A stretch of 39,283 bases of DNA from a virus. Its lineage: Duplodnaviria > Caudoviricetes. The notes under the pieces are model-generated. The model saw only the letters and a program-made list of their open reading frames with translations, did no database searches and was not told the origin of the DNA. The position numbers were made by a program, and so were the translations under genes. Below, piece by piece: positions 35,423 through 39,283 of the stretch. The stretch covers positions 1-39,283 of the IMG/VR virus record IMGVR_UViG_3300017761_005913; one strand, given 5' to 3'. How positions within the stretch are numbered: position 1 is the first letter of the stretch; the number at the start of each line of letters is the position of its first letter.

Positions 35423-38400
35423 ATGGCTGAACAGACATTCCGCTCACCCGGCTTCTTCGAGCAGGAGATCGAGCTCGTCGCCGGTGTGGCAGGACCCACC
35501 GGAACACCAGGCGCCGTTGTCGGCACCTCAGAGAAGGGACCTGCTTTTGTCCCGGTGACCGTTGGAAGCTTCACCGACTTTGAGACAAGGTTTGGCGGGC
35601 TCGACCCGGAGCGGCAGGCTCCTTACGCTGCCAGGGAGTGGCTGAAGCACAAGGGCGCCCTCACCTTCGTAAGGGCTCTCGGGGCCGGTGCAAACGCCAA
35701 CCTGGGAGACATCAACACGACACTGTCCCAGGGGATAGTGAAGAACGCCGGTTTCAGGATCACGCCCACCACCAGAACCCAGGCGGGATTCTCATTCGGT
35801 GAGAGCTCCGTCCAGTTCATATGCGCAGAGCACTTCATCTCCGCTTCGGGGGTCCGTGAGGAGCAGGGTTTCCCCATCTTCACAGACAACCCGTCATACA
35901 GCTCCGCTGTCAACACGGCGAACCTCGTGAGGGCCGTGCTCCTCTCCGCGGACAACTCACGCCTGAAGGTCCTCAATTACGGTGAGTCTTGGGTCGAGGA
36001 CCTTGACGACGTCGCAAATGTCGAGGCGGACGGCACCGCAGCCACCGCAAGGAAGTTCAAGATTGCAGTCTCCTCTTCCGACGCGAACTTCAGCACGAAA
36101 TACGGCTCAGCGGTCAGGATCCTCACTGCGTCCCTTGACCCACGTGACGAGTCCTATGTCGGAAAGATCCTCAACACGGACCCCGACCTCTTCTCAACCG
36201 AGAAGCACCTCCTCTACCTCGACTTCCCGGTCGACAAGGAGGTCGCTCCTGTGTCACCCGGCGCCAACAAGGTCGCAATACTCTCGGGCTCCTCGACATA
36301 CGGAGACAAGTTCGGTCGTTTCGACACTCGGTACAAGACACCGCGCACCACTTCCTTCATCTCACAGCCCTTCGGTGGTTTTGAGTACGACCTCTTCCAC
36401 TTCGAGGCAATCTCGGACGGTGAGTGGGCGAACAATAAGCTGAAGATCTCCATCGCGAATATCCTCGCCTCGACAGACAAGTCGAACCCTTACGGGACTT
36501 TCGACGTCCTTGTCCGCGGTTTCGGAGATGACGACATCGAGACCGAGATCGTGGAGAGGTATGCTAAGGTCTCCCTTGATCCGAGAGCAGAGAATTACGT
36601 CGCAAAAGCGGTCGGTGACAAGAAGGCATACTACAACTTCGACACCGACGAGGTCGACGAGCGCCGGTTGGTGATCTCCGGCAAGTACCCAAACCGCTCC
36701 ACTCGAGTTCGGGTGGTGATGAATCCGCAGATCGAGGCCGGAGAGGTCCCGCCAGCGGCCCTTCCCTTCGGTTTCCGCGGCATCCCGGTCCTGAAGACTA
36801 ACGACTCACTCTTTGACGGAACCGGTAACCTCACATTTGCGGGACAGACATTCACTGCGGGCGCAAGGCTCTTCGGAAGCGGAACTGCAGCAAACCTCAC
36901 AGGACTCACCGGATCACTCGTCCCACCACTCCCGCTCAGGTTCAAGGTCACTCGCGGGGAGGTATCACAGCTCGATGACAACATCGGAGCCCCAGGCGCC
37001 AACGAGAGGACCGATTCGAGGCTCTTCTGGGGCGTGGTGGGAACCTCGGTACCGCTGACCGGCTCGGTCAACAACGCAATCCTCAATGCGAACATCGGCA
37101 CTCTCCCGAACCCGCTTGTCGAGGCATACACCAAGTTCCAGGGAATTGCCCTCCAGGACACTCTCGTTACGGGCTCCGCCGCCGACGTATTCAACGCCAA
37201 CAAGTTCACCCTCGCAAGGGTCGCACTCTCGAACAACTCCTTCACGGAAGTCACGGGGACTGCTGACGCTCACATGAGGGAGGCAGCGTACATCAGGAAC
37301 GGAATCCCGAGCTCGACAGACTACACGCTTTCATACGGTTCGGCGACAAGGGTCACCCTCGCGACCCTTGTGAACTCTTCATCGGTAGTCTTCAACAGGT
37401 TCACTCCCTTCGCGAAGTTCACCAACGTCTTCTACGGTGGTTTCGACGGACTCAACATCCTCGACAGGGACAACCGGAAGATGAACGACAGGTCGTCATC
37501 GACCGAGGCCTCGACAAACGGTGACGGTAAGGCAAAGGGAGCAATCGAATCCGGACTGGTCCAGAACGCAGCCGGTGAGGGCAAGGACAACAATATTGTC
37601 GCTTCCTACCGAGCCGCGGTGGACATTATCACTGACGAGTTCTCCTCCAATGCCAACGTGATAGCGATCCCGGGAATAAGGGAGCCTCTCGTCACTGACT
37701 ACGCTTCGGACAAGACAAGGGACTTCTCCCTTGCGCTCTACCTGAGGGACATCCCCGCGTACGACGACTCAGGCAACCGCCTCTGGGACGACTCCACGAA
37801 GCGTCCGAGCGTGAGGTACACCTCGGAGACTTTCGTTGGACTCAACCTCGACAACAACTACGTTGCATCGTACTTCCCGGACATCTACCTTGACGACGAG
37901 GTGAACCTCCGGAGAGTGAAGGTCGCTCCCTCGATATCTGCTCTCGGAGCCATGGCATTCAACGACAAGGTCGCCTACCCGTGGTTCGCCCCGGCGGGCT
38001 TCAACCGAGCGGCTCTTGACTTCGTGAAGAATGTACAGGTGAGGCTCAACTCCGGCGACAGGGACGTCCTCTACGACTCGAGGATCAACCCGATCGCGGT
38101 CTTCCCCCAGGGCGGGTTCGTGATCTTCGGACAGAAGAACCTCCAGCTCGTGAAGTCGGCGCTAGACAGAGTGAACGTCCGGAGACTCATGATCGAGGTG
38201 AAGAGGGTGATCGCCGGAATAGCAAACCGGATGCTCTTCGAGCAGAACACCCCCGCCACGAGATCGAAGTTTGTCGCCTCCGCAACCCCGCAGCTCGCAC
38301 TCATCCAGGCCCAGGCCGGAATTGAGAAGTTCAGGGTCATCATGGACGACACCAACAACACCCAGGTCGATGTCGCGGCGAACAGGGTGAACGGTAGGAT

Positions 38401-38479
38401 TGTGGTGGTCCCGACAAGAACTGTCGAGTTCATCGCGATAGATTTTGTGATCACTCCCTCGGGTGTGCAGTTTGAGTGA
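35423..38479 (+). CDS. Contractile tail sheath protein 1 (T4 gp18-like)
   Basis: N-terminal FRSPGFFEQEIE..GTSEKGPAFVPV; C-terminal PWFAPAGFNR, LYDSRINPI, FGQKNL, LDRVNVRRL, PTRTVEFIAIDF. Confidence 0.95.
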   Translation: MAEQTFRSPGFFEQEIELVAGVAGPTGTPGAVVGTSEKGPAFVPVTVGSFTDFETRFGGLDPERQAPYAAREWLKHKGALTFVRALGAGANANLGDINTTLSQGIVKNAGFRITPTTRTQAGFSFGESSVQFICAEHFISASGVREEQGFPIFTDNPSYSSAVNTANLVRAVLLSADNSRLKVLNYGESWVEDLDDVANVEADGTAATARKFKIAVSSSDANFSTKYGSAVRILTASLDPRDESYVGKILNTDPDLFSTEKHLLYLDFPVDKEVAPVSPGANKVAILSGSSTYGDKFGRFDTRYKTPRTTSFISQPFGGFEYDLFHFEAISDGEWANNKLKISIANILASTDKSNPYGTFDVLVRGFGDDDIETEIVERYAKVSLDPRAENYVAKAVGDKKAYYNFDTDEVDERRLVISGKYPNRSTRVRVVMNPQIEAGEVPPAALPFGFRGIPVLKTNDSLFDGTGNLTFAGQTFTAGARLFGSGTAANLTGLTGSLVPPLPLRFKVTRGEVSQLDDNIGAPGANERTDSRLFWGVVGTSVPLTGSVNNAILNANIGTLPNPLVEAYTKFQGIALQDTLVTGSAADVFNANKFTLARVALSNNSFTEVTGTADAHMREAAYIRNGIPSSTDYTLSYGSATRVTLATLVNSSSVVFNRFTPFAKFTNVFYGGFDGLNILDRDNRKMNDRSSSTEASTNGDGKAKGAIESGLVQNAAGEGKDNNIVASYRAAVDIITDEFSSNANVIAIPGIREPLVTDYASDKTRDFSLALYLRDIPAYDDSGNRLWDDSTKRPSVRYTSETFVGLNLDNNYVASYFPDIYLDDEVNLRRVKVAPSISALGAMAFNDKVAYPWFAPAGFNRAALDFVKNVQVRLNSGDRDVLYDSRINPIAVFPQGGFVIFGQKNLQLVKSALDRVNVRRLMIEVKRVIAGIANRMLFEQNTPATRSKFVASATPQLALIQAQAGIEKFRVIMDDTNNTQVDVAANRVNGRIVVVPTRTVEFIAIDFVITPSGVQFE

Positions 38480-38485
38480 TAGTTA
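38479..38485 (+). promoter_or_regulatory. Putative late promoter ATAGTTA
   Basis: Heptamer 25 nt before ATG 38511; AGGAG SD. Confidence 0.6.
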
Positions 38486-38510
38486 CTCTACAGAGAATAG
38501 GAGCTTCTGA

Positions 38511-39283
38511 ATGGCTGAACTCACTTTCAAGAGCGCTGGCGTAAGTCTGAGGGAGATCGACCTCTCTGGCCAGACGCAGCCGACGCCTGTCGGTACGCCA
38601 GCCGGCGTCATCGGTACAGCGAACAGGGGACCCGCTTTCGTCCCAGTGCTCGTTGCCAACTACCAGCAGTTCTCGAACAAGTTCGGCCCCTCCGACGGCG
38701 AGAAGTTCGGTCCCGTCGCAATGTATGAGTGGCTGAAGAATTCGCAGGCTGGTGTCTACCTGAGGGTCCTCGGAGCCGGTGACGGCAAGACGAGGACGAT
38801 AGCCGGTGATAACACCGGAAAGGTCACGAATGCGGGGTTCGTGGTCGGTTCACGACAGGTCCAGGCCAACGGCGACCTCGGTGACAACCCATATGCCCTC
38901 GGTTCATACAGCGGAAGGACCCAATTCCTCGGATGTTTCATGTCCGAGTCTGCAGGATCCACCTTCCTCTCTGAGGCCGGCGTTCAGCCCGGCACTGCTG
39001 CTGTTCCGGTCATCCGCGGTGTCCTGATGACGCCCAGCGGAGTCCTCGCGACGCTCTCCTCGTCGGCCGGATCGGTGGCAGGTTTCTCGAACACGCTGCC
39101 AGCGACAAGCGCTCCCACTTCTTCCGTCGGATTCATGACGGGTACGGTGAACCTCGCGGCTGGAGCAAAGTCCTTCACCCTCTTCCTCTCGGGCCACAAG
39201 ACCTCCGACGCTTACGCGAACACCATCACGGCGAGCTTCAACCCGACTTCCCCAAGCTACTTCGCTACGGTCTTCAACACCGA
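38511..39283 (+). CDS. Contractile tail sheath protein 2 (partial, runs off the window; absent from the ORF track)
   Basis: Manual translation is open to the window end: MAELTFKSAGVSLREIDLS..GVIGTANRGPAFVPV..EWLKN..YLRVLGAG..ITASFNPTSPSYFATVFNT, collinear with sheath 1. Confidence 0.9.
   Translation, partial: MAELTFKSAGVSLREIDLSGQTQPTPVGTPAGVIGTANRGPAFVPVLVANYQQFSNKFGPSDGEKFGPVAMYEWLKNSQAGVYLRVLGAGDGKTRTIAGDNTGKVTNAGFVVGSRQVQANGDLGDNPYALGSYSGRTQFLGCFMSESAGSTFLSEAGVQPGTAAVPVIRGVLMTPSGVLATLSSSAGSVAGFSNTLPATSAPTSSVGFMTGTVNLAAGAKSFTLFLSGHKTSDAYANTITASFNPTSPSYFATVFNT

Noticed and set aside
1-39283. Alternative genetic code (stop-codon reassignment seen in some large phages)
   Set aside because: TAG, TGA and TAA all end genes at expected C-termini (e.g. 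MCP TAG, portal TAA, sheath TGA), and genes are intact under code 11.
35423-39283. Bacterial extracellular contractile injection system or tailocin (multiple sheaths)
   Set aside because: Terminase, portal, protease, capsid and primase genes show a complete phage.

Overview
A 39-kb segment of a large, T4-related (contractile-tailed, probably jumbo) dsDNA bacteriophage. All credible genes are on the + strand, tightly packed and read in the standard genetic code. Left to right: large FN3/LamG-containing putative virion (baseplate/fibre-type) genes; a DNA-metabolism cassette (RuvC-like resolvase, DnaG-type primase, single-chain SbcD-SbcC/Mre11-Rad50 fusion); large terminase, portal, prohead protease, prohead-core-type ORFs, scaffold and a gp23-like major capsid protein; a small decoration-like gene with a structured leader; two tandem ParB/Srx-fold paralogues; gp13/gp14/gp15-like neck and tail-terminator genes; and two tandem tail-sheath paralogues (the second runs off the window). 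A recurrent heptamer, (A/C)TA(G/C/T)TTA, precedes many genes and looks like the late promoter. The most novel signal is a shared two-ended peptide tag: an N-terminal TRxxLRxxIxE...(L/I)FE leader and a C-terminal RWxx(L/M)AG(I/L) motif. It occurs on both ParB-like proteins and on a predicted internally initiated scaffold isoform, which suggests a capsid-targeting system that loads ParB/Srx-fold enzymes into the head. All calls come from motif recognition by eye; no database searches were run.
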